A model generated the notes under the pieces. That model had not been told where the DNA came from, did not search any database, and was given only the letters and a program-made list of their open reading frames with translations. A stretch of 55,930 nucleotides of DNA from Octopus bimaculoides (Eukaryota): positions 96,573,545 through 96,629,474 of the forward strand of contig NC_068987.1 in assembly GCF_001194135.2 (NCBI RefSeq), read 5' to 3'. Below are positions 40,123-51,350 of the stretch, piece after piece (position 1 is the stretch's first letter; each line of letters opens with the position of its first letter). The position numbers and the translations under genes are program-made.

Positions 40123-40165
<43 letters not shown>

Positions 40166-40547
40166 TGTATTAGATGTGTATCTGTAGGAGTGCAACACTT
40201 CATGTTAAGGGTCTGAAGAAGCTTTAAGGTATCACACTCATACTCAACTCTGGATAAACAGTTCCTTATAGCCAAAACAGCTGTAAGATAATGAAAGTGA
40301 TTACATAACACCTGTTCTTTTGGCATTCATTTATTAATCAGCCCACACACAAGTACATAAGCATGTGTGTGTGTGTGTGTGTGTGTACATTTGAGAGAGA
40401 GAGAGACACATATGTACATATTTAACTTGTTTGCAATGTGTTGCATTCAACACATGTCTAAATTTTATAGTTATATCTGTATTTACTATATTTATATACA
40501 GGTATTTAACATATATAAATGTGTGTGCGCTTATATATATACATATA

Positions 40548-40580
<33 letters not shown>

Positions 40581-41056
40581 ACATATATGTATACATATGA
40601 CATGTAATTTATGTTAGTTTATGTAAGTATATGATGCATGGGTGTATGTACATATATAAGATAAAACCTGTGTGAGGAGAACAAAAAAAGATCTAACAAA
40701 ACAGAACACCAGTAACACAACAACCATCATCACTATCTACCAACACAACAGCATTAAGAACAAACAACCAGCAATCACAAGCAACACACCAACCACTGCC
40801 TTCAAGAAGATGCACAAACACAACAACTTTCACCATCGTCAAGAACATGGTCCTATACAACAGACAACAACCACTTTGGCAATAACTACAAATACAACAA
40901 CATAATCAGATCACAGCAGCATTTGTTAAGAGAAACAGATAGGGAAGGCATGGAAACCAAAACAGAAGTTTCTGGAAATAAGACGCAGAACTAGAGAGAA
41001 GACATTGGAAGTGTGACAAGAATTGTAACTTAAGTGCAGGAAGTTTCTGGACTTAC

Positions 41057-41180
41057 CATCTTCAATGGAGGGCAGGATAGGTGGCATTTCCACCTGCACA
41101 TCGCTGAGCTCGCGCAGGCACAACCAGTCGCCATCCACTGATACCCTGAAGTTGCACAGGTAGATTGTCTCCTGGGCCAT
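41057..41180 (-). CDS. RUFY: RUFY-family gene, N-terminal coding exon (ATG at 41180, donor gtaagt at 41056, phase 1)
   Basis: MAQETIYLCNFRVSVDGDWLCLRELSDVQVEMPPILPSIED(G) resembles the RUFY3 N-terminal segment ETIYLCKFRVSMDGEWLCLREL (recalled). Good Kozak context (attATGg). 124 nt = phase 1, which splices in frame to the exon at 4984 (G+GA = Gly), giving ...[17 protein letters not shown]. Confidence 0.9.
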
Positions 41181-42519
41181 AATCCCGACGCCGCCAGCCC
41201 CGGGGCCACCACCTCCCCCCTCCTCTTCGATCTCGTCACCGCCACATGCCCCACCATCACCAACATCGCTGGCACCAGCCCCACCGCCACGGCTGCTGTC
41301 AACACAGCAGGCTGGCGTGTATGTCGCCTGGATGGAGGAAATGGCTGCAGATGCCAGTGCGCTGGTTTGTTAAAATGGTGATGAGAAAAGGTGGGTGTGA
41401 TAGTAAGACTATGTAGGAAGTGAGGCCAGATGAAAAACACTGGCGGTAGAATGAGGGAGAAGAAAATGAAAAGAGAAAATGAAAGTTGAAGAATAAAAGG
41501 AAAGAGTAAGAGTAAAAAGAGGAATTTCTATGTTAAGAATTGTTTGTCTGGGTGTGCAAGAAAGCAACAAGGTTACCAGGTAATATAATGGAGTATAAAA
41601 AAATGCTGTGAAAATAAAAAAGAGAAACGCAGAAGACCGTTACAAGTGCAGTTTTGTTGTTGTTGCTACAGCTGGACTGGTGCAGCATTACACCATTGGT
41701 GATAGTGGTGACAATAGCAGGCAGGGCGGTGTACGGGTCCCTCTCCTCTCCCCCCAGCAACTGTAGGCTAACCGGAGGCAGGTTTCAGTTGTGGATAGTG
41801 CCTGACAGGCCTCACTGACACGGTAACACCTTCCTCTCTTAGACCAGACACTTGATCCTCCGCAACTGACAACTGCTGTTAGCAACACATCTGCAGCTAA
41901 TACTCCTACTGCTGCTGCTACTGCTGCTATGACTACTGTTGCTTCCTCTACCACTGCTGCTACTACTGTTGACTGCTCTGTTGCTTCTAGCACAGCTGAT
42001 GCTACTACTACTACTGTCATAACTGCTACAGTAGCAGCTGTTAATGACAATGATGAAGATGATTATAACAGCACTATTAATGATGATAATGAGAATGATT
42101 ACAACAATAATAAAGGGGACGATTTTGAGAATAAGGATCACAATATATTAGCACAAGGCTTCAAATTTTGAGGAAATGAAATACCAATAAAGATCAACCC
42201 CAATATTTGACTAATAGAAATTTTATTGATTCTGTGAAGATAAAATATGCCGTTGATATCTGCAGGGTTTGAACTCAGAACATGAAATATTAAATGCAAG
42301 GCACACAGAATACATACACACACACACACACACACATGCATACACACAAACACATAAATATGTATGGGGAGGGGCAAATAACCCTAATAGATTTCTTCTC
42401 TCTCCCATTTCAAGGATTAGTTTTTTTTCCCTTATTGTTATTGTTATCTCTTCATTCATGTCATTGTTGTTGGTCTCATCCTTTTACTGTCTGCCTTCAT
42501 GTACGTGCATGTAAAAAGG

Positions 42520-42987
42520 ATTTATTTCATTAGCCACAAGGGTTCAATTTATTGAGTACAGCACAAAGGTAAAATATAAAAAGAGGGAGAAATGGTGGAG
42601 GATTTACATGGAGTAAAAGGATGAGATCAACAATAATAACAATAAAGACACACTAGGTGAAGAGACAATGATAAATAGCGATAAGAATACAGGGGGGGAA
42701 AAATAATAAGAAAGAACTCTTCAAACAGAAAAGGGAGTAGCCATTAAGAGTGACTTTGGGCACACACCCTCACAATCTCTGGCACACCAAAGCAAGTGTC
42801 CTCTTGCAGCCCTTGCTGCCAGCTGACAGCCAGATAATTAAATTAAGAGGCCTATTTAACAATGCTAATTTTGGCATTCTCGCACACCTTTCGTAAAAAT
42901 TCTTGTAAGGCAACACTTCACTCTTTATTTTCACATTCTCTTCGCATGGCACTTGAAGAAGTAGAAGAGAGCCTAGCCTCCTCAACT
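42520..42987 (-). mobile_element. L1/Tx1-like LINE 3' end, copy A
   Basis: ...KIKSEVLPYKNFYERCARMPKLALLNRPLNLIIWL, then a 3' UTR ending in aataaa...gaaataaat; homologous to 43140-43712. Confidence 0.65.
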
Positions 42988-43139
42988 AGTCGATGAAATA
43001 AGTACCAGTAATTCACTGGAGTCAATTCAATCAGCTGCACTCTATTCTTATATATATATATATTTATATATATGTAGCCATTAACGGTATGGTCATATTG
43101 GAGTCACCCTGTATACATCTCCTGTTTAAGATGCCTGCA

Positions 43140-43712
43140 GGGTTGGGATACCTTCCAATACACACCCTTTTCCAGTGTCTATGCATAGCTTATTTGTGGT
43201 GTTATGTCATTATCACGTGCATGAAGATCAACTCAACACCTTCCTCTGACAAGGAAGTGAGGGTGACTTTCTTCTTTCGGGTGATTATAGTGAAGGAAGT
43301 CACATTATGGACACAGATGGAAGGTTCGAGGATGGAGCTTTTCTTCTCAGGCTCTCCTCAACTTCTTCAAGTCCATATAAAAAGGAAAGCGAGGATGAAG
43401 AGGGAAACGTTGCCCTTCAGTAAATTTTATGAAAAGCATATGAGAGTGGAAAAACTGGTATTGCTAAATGGGCCTCGTAATCTAACTATATGGCTGGTGG
43501 TAAGCACTGGAAGATGGCACTTATTTTGGTGTGCATGAGATTATGCGAGGGGTAGGTGCCCCAAATAGCCATAATGGCAGCCCCACTGTCCCGTTTTGAA
43601 GATTCTTCCATTTTTTGGGGAAGTGGGGGGGGGTTCTATATTGTTATTACTACTTATTGATGTCTCTATAATTGTTGTTGATCTCATACTTTTGTTCTAT
43701 GTAAATCCTTGG
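43140..43712 (+). mobile_element. L1/Tx1-like LINE 3' end, copy B
   Basis: HTLFQC...LWCYV...IVKEVTLWTQMEG...FFSG...VHIKRKARMKRETL...KFYEK resembles the post-zinc-knuckle C-terminus of L1/Tx1-type ORF2. Confidence 0.65.
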
Positions 43713-44538
43713 GAGGGAAGTGTGGAAAAGTTTTCAACTCATAATGCACTGGATACCACAAGGCATTCTTACTGGAAGCAAAAATACCAATAACCCAATC
43801 CTAAGAGAGATGAAAAGTAAACTTATCCTGAACAGGACTTTATACAACAAGGAGATATCTCACCCGACACAATGTTATTTCTGCTATTTTAATACTAATA
43901 ACAAAGATAATTATAATATTAAGGAACATGTCGCTGATGATTCTTATATTTATTTTATTGATCTATGATTTCTTTACATCATAAAAACAATAACGATGAC
44001 AATGATGATATTGCTTATATATATGTTTATGAAGTTAATGATGATGGTTGTGACAAAGGCGATGGTGTTGGTGATGAAGATCATTGTGGTGATGACGGCA
44101 GTGGTAAATATAATAGTGGTGATGCTGATGGTAGTAATGGTGACGATTGTGACATTGGTGGTGGGTTATGAAGATGATGGTGCCTGCCGATGGTGGCTTT
44201 GATGGCAAGGATGGTGGTGTTGACAATGATGCTGATAGTAATACTGAAGTTGATCGTGATAATTCTAGTAATGATGGTATTAAATCTACTGTTGCTTTAT
44301 CATATATTGTTGCTATTAAGAGTACATCTACTGCTGCTGCTGCTACTACTGCTGCTATTGCAGTGATTGACTACTTCTGTAACAACGAAAACAGCTTCAG
44401 CAGTATATTACACACATACAGATGCGCATGCGTACATGCAAACACACACGCCCACACACACAGAGGTGCAGTGAACTGATGACAGTGGTGTGTGCAAGTG
44501 TGTTATTAACAATGGTTGACTACTGTAGCTACTACCAT

Positions 44539-44569
<31 letters not shown>

Positions 44570-45076
44570 ATTACAACTGCAACTGCTATTACTGCTACTC
44601 TTACAACTGCTGCTATTGCTAAAACAAATATAGCTACATCCATTGATACAACTGCTGCAAGGGAGACTACATTAATTACTCAACCTGCTAGAAATGGCAG
44701 CCAAACTACTTCAAAAACACCATCTTAAAAAATAAAAAAAATAAAAAAAGACACATTGAATAGTGTAGTCCATGGTTCATTATGCATAGAAAAAGAAAAT
44801 CAGATAATCATGTGGGAATGTCTTTGATGAGAGATCTGCTCGATCAAAGCTAATTTGGGGTAGATAGGGGTAACCAACAACAACAACAACGACTACTGTC
44901 ACTGTTGTAACCCTTATTACTGAAACTACTACAGCAATAACAATGAGCACTTCTATTGCCACCACTACTACAGCTGCTTCTACTACTACTACTACTACTA
45001 CTACTACTATTAATGATGTTATAGCTACTGATATTGCAACTGTTACTTCAACTACTATATTTTTCTATGAATTTAA

Positions 45077-45660
45077 CCCTTTAGTTTTCAAACTGACCAT
45101 ATCAGGCCCAAATATTCTACCTGTTTTATGTTCAAACTGATGAGATCAGGTCTCTCACACCTGCCCTACAATATCATTCTAAAAATAAACACTCACATTC
45201 ACTGAAATTTCAAAGCTAAAAATAATGTGTGATAAATTCAAAACAATTTGGATAAATAAGTATTACATATGACAGATGTGAAGGTGCATGGCTCAGTGGT
45301 TAGAGCATCGGGCTCACAATCACAAGGTAGTGAGTTCAATTCCTGAACCAAGCTATGTGTTGTGTTCTTGAGAAAGACACTTTATTTCATGTTGCTCTAG
45401 TTCACTCAGCTGTAGAAATAAATTGCGACATCATTGATGCCAAACTGTACCAGCCTTTGCCTTTCCCTTGGATAACATCAGTGGCGTGGAGAGGGGAGAC
45501 TGTTCTGCATGGGTGACTGCTGGTCTTCCATAAACAACCTTGCCTAGACTTGTGCCTCAGAGGGTAACTTTCTAGGTGCAATCCCATGGTCATTCATGAC
45601 TGACGGTGGCGAGGTGTCTTTACCCTTTGCATATGACAGAGTAATCTGAACACTAAAGGG
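45077..45660. mobile_element. piggyBac-like MITE (TTAA|CCCTTTAG...CTAAAGGG|TTAA) with a nested SINE
   Basis: TTAA at 45073-45076 and 45661-45664; an uninterrupted, eroded sister copy lies in the opposite orientation at about 49068-49284. Confidence 0.8.
45277..45629 (+). mobile_element. Full-length tRNA-derived SINE with 11-bp TSD (CATATGACAGA)
   Basis: A box tggctcagtgg, B box gagttcaattcc; TSD at 45266-45276 and 45630-45640. Confidence 0.9.
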
Positions 45661-46131
45661 TTAACCAAAAGAGATAACCATCCCAGACTGGTGAGAACAA
45701 TGCAGTTGATAGAAAGTTTTAAGTTATAGGAAAACTGTCCAAAGAGAAACCATGTATACAGAAAGAATTCTAGAGGAATGGGATTCTGAGAGGAAAGACA
45801 AGAGTAAAGGGTTTTAGTGCAATGTATGAGGGGACTGAGACCAAGTAGGGATGATGAAAGGAAGAGCTACAGGTGTGTCAGGAGAGACGATAGAGAAAGG
45901 TAGGGGTATGCAACATTTTGATACAAAGGAGAAGCAGATATTTTTATAGAAATACTAGTAGAGCAGAGTGGCTGTGTAGTAAGAGGTTTGCTCCCTAACT
46001 ACATGGCTCCAGGCTCAATCCCACCATGTGGCACCCTGGGCAAGTGTCTTCTACTATAGCCTCAAGCTGACCAAAGCCTTGTTAGTGGATTGGGTAGACA
46101 AAAACTGAAAGACGCCCAGGATGTGTGTGTA

Positions 46132-46171
<40 letters not shown>

Positions 46172-46177
<6 letters not shown>

Positions 46178-47990
46178 CAGGGGTATCAAACTGCTGGATC
46201 AGGTGATGGAGGTCACGGAGAGGGTCATAGCCCAACTAATTAGGGAGAGAATCTGCTTAGATGAGATGCAGTTCAGTTTTGTGCCAGGTAGAAGCACCAC
46301 TGATGCTATATTCCTGGTACAGCAACTGCAGGAGAAATACCTAGCCAAAGATATGCCCCTATACTTGGCTTTTGTTGACTTGAAGAAAGCCTTTGACAGG
46401 GTTCCCTGATCCCTTATCTGGTTGGCGATGTGGAAACTGGGGATTGACAAGTGATTAATAAGGGATGTATAGGCCTTGTACAGGGATGTCATTAGTAAGG
46501 TAAGGGTCAGCAATGAGTATAGCGAAGAATTCCAGTTAGAAGTAGGAGTTTACCAAGGATCACCCTCAGCCCCTCTTATTCATCATAGTCCTCCAGGCAA
46601 TGACAGAGTTATTCAAGACAGGCTGCCCTTGGGAGCTCCTCTATACTGATGACCTTGCTCTCATAGCAGAATTACTACCAGAACTAGAGAAGAAATTTCA
46701 GGTGTGGAAGCAAGGTTTAGAATCGAAGGGCCTTAGAGTCAATGTTGCAAAAACCAAAGTCCTAGTAAGTAGGAAGGCGAACATATCACACACCCCTTCA
46801 GGTAGGTGGCCCTGCTCGATTTGTAGAAAAGGTGTAGGTAGAAACTCCATAAGATGTACCCAATGTAAGCTATGGACATATAAGAGGTGCAGCAATATCA
46901 AAGGAAGGTTAACGAGGAAGATAGCTTTCATGTGCGGCAGATGCACAGGGAGAATAAACACTGCAGATGCTCCGAAAACTGATTCCATCTCATGCCAGGG
47001 GAAGAAATTAGAAGTGGTTGATAGCTTCCACTACCCAGGTGACCAAGTCTATAGTGAGGGTGGATGCTCAGAGAGCGTTGCCACTAGAATAAGAATAGCT
47101 TGGGCAAAGTTCAGAAAGCTCCTACCTCTACTGGTGACAAAAAACCTCTCGCTCAGAGTGAAAGGTAGACTGTATGATGCATGTGTGCAAACTGCCATGT
47201 TACACGGCAGTGAAACATGGGCTGTGACTGCTGAAGACATGCGTAGGCTCCAAAGAAATGAAGCTAGCATGATCCGCTGGATGTGTAATGTCAATGTGCA
47301 CACACCACAGAGTGTAAGCACCCTGAGAGAAATGTTGGACATAAGAAGCATCAGATGTGGCATGTAAGAGAGATGACTGCACTGTTTTGGTCATGTGTTA
47401 CATATGGATGAGGAGAGCTGTGTGAAGAAGTGTCACTCTGTAACAGTGGAAGAAACCCATGGAAGAGGGAGACCCAGAAAGACATGGGATGAGGTGGTGA
47501 AGCATGACCTTCAAACATTGGGCCTCACAGAGGCAATGACGAAAGACTGAGACCTCCGGAGAAATAATGTGATTGAGAAGACCCGGCAAGGAAAGTGAGA
47601 CCACAGCTATAGCCTACACCAGTGTCACATAACCAGCCCATTTAAAAGAGTACCTTTGAATCATCGGGTGACATGCCGTGCTTGAGGAAACCTATTGAGT
47701 CAAGTAAATCAAAATCAAATCAAATCACAATCAAATGGAAATTGTAGTTGTGGCCGATACCAGTGCTGGTGGCATGCAATAAGTACCATTTATGACTGGC
47801 TTCTGTGCTGGTATCACATAAAAAGCACCTGCTACACTCTCGGAGTGGTTGGCGTTAGGAAAGGCATCCAGCTGTAGAAACATTGCCAGATCAGATTGGA
47901 GCCTTGTGTGGACTCCCAGCTTGCCAGTCCCCAGTCAAACCATCCAACCCATGCCAGCATGGAAAGCAGACGTTAAACGATGATGATGAT
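46172..47990 (+). mobile_element. 5'-truncated RTE-clade LINE (RT, Cys-rich PHD-like insert, 3' UTR, (GAT)n tail), inactive
   Basis: NYRGIKLLDQVM...MQFSFVPGRSTTDAIF...AFVDLKKAFDRVP*; ELLYTDDL; LYDACVQTAMLHGSETW. The 3' UTR ends ggaaagcagacgttaaacgatgatgat. Solo 3'-UTR copies occur at about 5150-5250, 11455-11640, 17860-18000, 20170-20335, 25560-25740, 32630-33080 and 55520-55715. Confidence 0.92.
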
Positions 47991-48339
47991 TTGTGTGCAT
48001 GTGTGTATCTGTGTTTGTCCCTCACCACCACTTGAGAGCCAGTATTGGTGGGTTTATGTCCCGGTAACTTAGCAATCTGGCAAAAGATACCGACAGAATA
48101 AGTACTAAGCTTAAAAAATGAAAATTCCTGGGGTTGATTCATTCAACTAAAATTCTTCAGAGCGGTGCCCCAGCATGGTCACAATCGAATGACTGAAACA
48201 AATAAAAGGGTAATGAAATTAAAGAAAAAAGAAACTGTTTTTGAAGCAGCAATTGTAAAGTGATAGTGAGTGAAACTTTGTTAATCACCTGAATGCCCTT
48301 TTGTTTGAATGGGGGTTTGGGAGGGGGGACACAGGAAGC

Positions 48340-48700
48340 AGCACTGTCTTAAATGTGATCCATACTGTAGTGTGGGCTACAGCTGAAGAGAAACTGATGA
48401 GGACAAGCATATTTTGTCTCTGAAGAGGAAGCCTAATTTTAGGATATAGGTTTTGGTAATGTTATACAGTCATGGAAGGTGTCCTGATAGATTATCAGAA
48501 ATTGCAAGGTCTATCTTGCATGAATTTATTTATAGTTGGACTGTAGTGCAAGACTATATCTTTGCACTGTTGCTAGAGACTCAGTTGTCCGGTCTTCATT
48601 CATGGATGTTAACAAGGTTTTGACTGACATGAGGCATTCAGGTTGTGATGGATGATGTTTGTTTGTACAGGGTTGAAAGAAGAGTGAAACATGGTATCAT
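48340..48700 (-). mobile_element. CR1-like LINE C-terminal fragment
   Basis: The reverse complement resembles 19150-19450 (aaaattaggcttcctcttcagagac...). A similar fragment lies at about 54530-54880 on the minus strand. Confidence 0.55.
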
Positions 48701-48717
48701 TTGTAAAGGCAGTAAAG

Positions 48718-48751
<34 letters not shown>

Positions 48752-51074
48752 AACACTAATGGTAAGGCCATCAATATACATGGAGAAGTGTATAGATATA
48801 AATAAGCCTTAGGGTACATCAGAGTTCTGGAAAGAGCTGTCAACACAAACAGCTATGAAAACATATAAAAGAAAACAGACTGGAGCAATTCAGTTAAATT
48901 TTCTTTCTAGATAAATTTGAATGTTTTGCTGGTGTGAAAGACAACACCTTTGCTTTGATAAAGTTTTAAGAGCAAGAAGCCATTAACATGTAATAATAAG
49001 GAGCAAGTTTCTAGTAAACCTGATCAATGGAAACTAAAATGGTGGTTACTAAGCAACAGAGGGTTAATTCTCTAGCACTCAGATTAATCTGTCAAATGTA
49101 ATGCTTATTTATTCACATTGTTTTGAATAATGCATTATATTTTAGCTTCAAGATTTTGGTGATGTGATTATTTATTTTCTGAATAACATTGTAGGATAGG
49201 TGTGAGAGGCCAAATCTGGCTGGTTTAAACATAAAACAATGTGGAATATTTGGGCCAGATATGACTGGTTTAAATGCTAAAGGGTAAAGGTAATGAAAAG
49301 AGGTGGTTTATTTATATACATCTATCACCTATGTGATGCTGAAGGTGAGGGCAACAGAGCAGTAGTTGGTAGGTAAAGAGAGGTAGTCTTTATTGGAAAT
49401 ACAAAACACACCTTGATACACTAGGCTAGATCTGTACATAGAAAAAAAAAATTCAAGGACGAGGTTTTTTGCACACCGAGATTGATGGAGGAGACAGTGT
49501 CAGAACAAATTGCTTCACTAGGTTAGAGTGATCAGAGAAGACAGTGTATATATTTAGACTTCTACAATGAAAACAAGTTTGATTCCTATAACATGAATCA
49601 TAGAAAATTGACAAGAAATACAATGTTCCTTATTCCCACCAATACTACTACCACCACTACCACCACATCCATCACTTCTGAGATCTTTGCTATTTATCTA
49701 TCCAGGATAAATAAAGTACTAGTTATGAATTGGAGTCCAATTTTTACAATCAAATTCCTTAAAGCAGTCCCTTCTGTCAAGTGAAAAACTTCATTATTAA
49801 GCATCACACGAAATACCTGGTACTTAGTTACAGATCTTTACAGTTTGAGCCCAAATCCCATGAAGCTCAACTTATGCTACCATCCCTAGAAAGAGAAAAG
49901 GAAAAAATACCAGTCAATTGCTGGGGTCAATTATCATCAGCTGTTCTTTCCCCTTAAAAATTTCTAGTTTGTGTCTATGTATGAAATTATTATTATTATT
50001 CTTCTAAGAACAATGAAGTGTGGAAAACTAGAATATTTTATTAAATACTTTGTACTGATTAGTTCAGTCTCATACATTAAGTATTAAAACCTCACCAAGG
50101 TCAGTTAGCCTTTGAACTTGATAAAATATAAAATAAGTACCAATAAAGGAGTGGGGTTTATTTCAAATCAGCTATATTCTTTCCTTGCAAATTAGTCAAC
50201 CTCTACCAAAGTTAACCAATCAATGAAACTCCTTTGTGGTCAATTTGCTAAAAATAGGAGCCAAGTCTCCCTTAAACCACACCATCATAAGAATAGGGGA
50301 CATCTATCAATAATAATGAAGTTTGGATACACTATAGCTTAAAGACAAGATGATCATGGTTGGAAAGTCTTTGACCAAGGTTGTACAAGAGTTAAACAAC
50401 AACAACAACCAATATCAAAACATTTAGAGAACTGGAATGGCAGAAATGGTAAAATGCTGGAGTAAAGATAAAAATGTATCTAAGGTAGTTAGTTCCACCT
50501 TTCTACATTCTGACTTCAAATTCCAGTTGTGTCTACTCTACCGTTCATCTCTCTGAGTTTGACAGAAACAACCCCTGGCATCTACAGAGATTGATTCACA
50601 CTTCTGGTCTTATGCCAGAGTTAGAAACTGTTTGTATAATAAGGTAGTGGATGGCGGAATTCAGTGGAACATCAGACAAAATGTCTTATAGCATTCAGTT
50701 ACATCGCTTTACATTTTCAGTTCAAAATCTGCTATGATTAACTTTACCTTGCATCCTTCTGAGGTCATTAAAGTACTATGGTCAATTAAATTAACTATTT
50801 CCTCCCACAAAATTCTGTGACCTTGTGTTTATGTTATAAATAATAATAAATAATGTTAATTATAATCAGAATTACAATTTTAATTATTACCATTGGTGTA
50901 ATTAATGATGATAATGATAGTGTTATTTTGTCTGTTTTCCAGAAAAGAGTTAAATATTTGAATCAAACACAAAGTAAAAGGATGAAAGACAGAAAGAATG
51001 GAGGAGTAGTGAGAGAGAGAGAGAGAGAGTGGGAAGGAGGGAGACTAGCAGAGAGATGTAGAGAATAAGAAATA

Positions 51075-51350
51075 GTAGGCAGTGCATGCGCAGGGACTAG
51101 TTCCGGAAGGAATACAAGAAGAGTCTCGTGCGCATGCGTGGTCGTTGGATATTCAAGTTTCGCGCCCTTATTCATTCTTTTTCTCGGCCGGCCGACCATG
51201 AGCCTGGACATCTTCAAGCAGTCTCTCTCCAACATTCCAACTCTGGAGACAGCTCTTTCCAACATTCCAACTCTGGAGCTAGACAAATAATCACTCAACA
51301 TCAATGACAGCGTCTCAGCAACCAAAGGGCGAAGTGCTGCCTATTAACTC
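51075..51350. promoter_or_regulatory. CpG-rich housekeeping-type promoter island, possibly bidirectional
   Basis: Abrupt CpG/GC enrichment relative to the flanks. NRF1-like TGCATGCGCA (51083-51092) and TGCGCATGCG (51129-51138), ETS CCGGAAG (51103-51109), E2F TTTCGCGC (51158-51165). Confidence 0.7.

Larger units (their letters stand above)
4985..41056 (-). other. RUFY: RUFY intron, 36,072 bp, GT-AG, phase 1 (may contain alternative exons)
   Basis: Canonical donor and acceptor joining the two RUFY exons in frame; filled with TE relics and microsatellites. Confidence 0.8.

Noticed and set aside
41688-42171. Thr/Ala/Val-rich and Asp/Asn-rich ORFs, mucin-like; also 43965-45140
   Set aside because: Degenerate trinucleotide repeats, open on both strands and in several frames; no splice or homology support.
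45285-45350. Possible tRNA genes in SINE heads (A/B boxes here and in other copies)
   Set aside because: No intact cloverleaf; they continue into SINE bodies with TSDs or tails.
48400-48430. Hammerhead-ribozyme-like CTGATGA plus hairpin
   Set aside because: The required GAAA does not follow the stem, and the segment is the antisense of a CR1-like ORF remnant.
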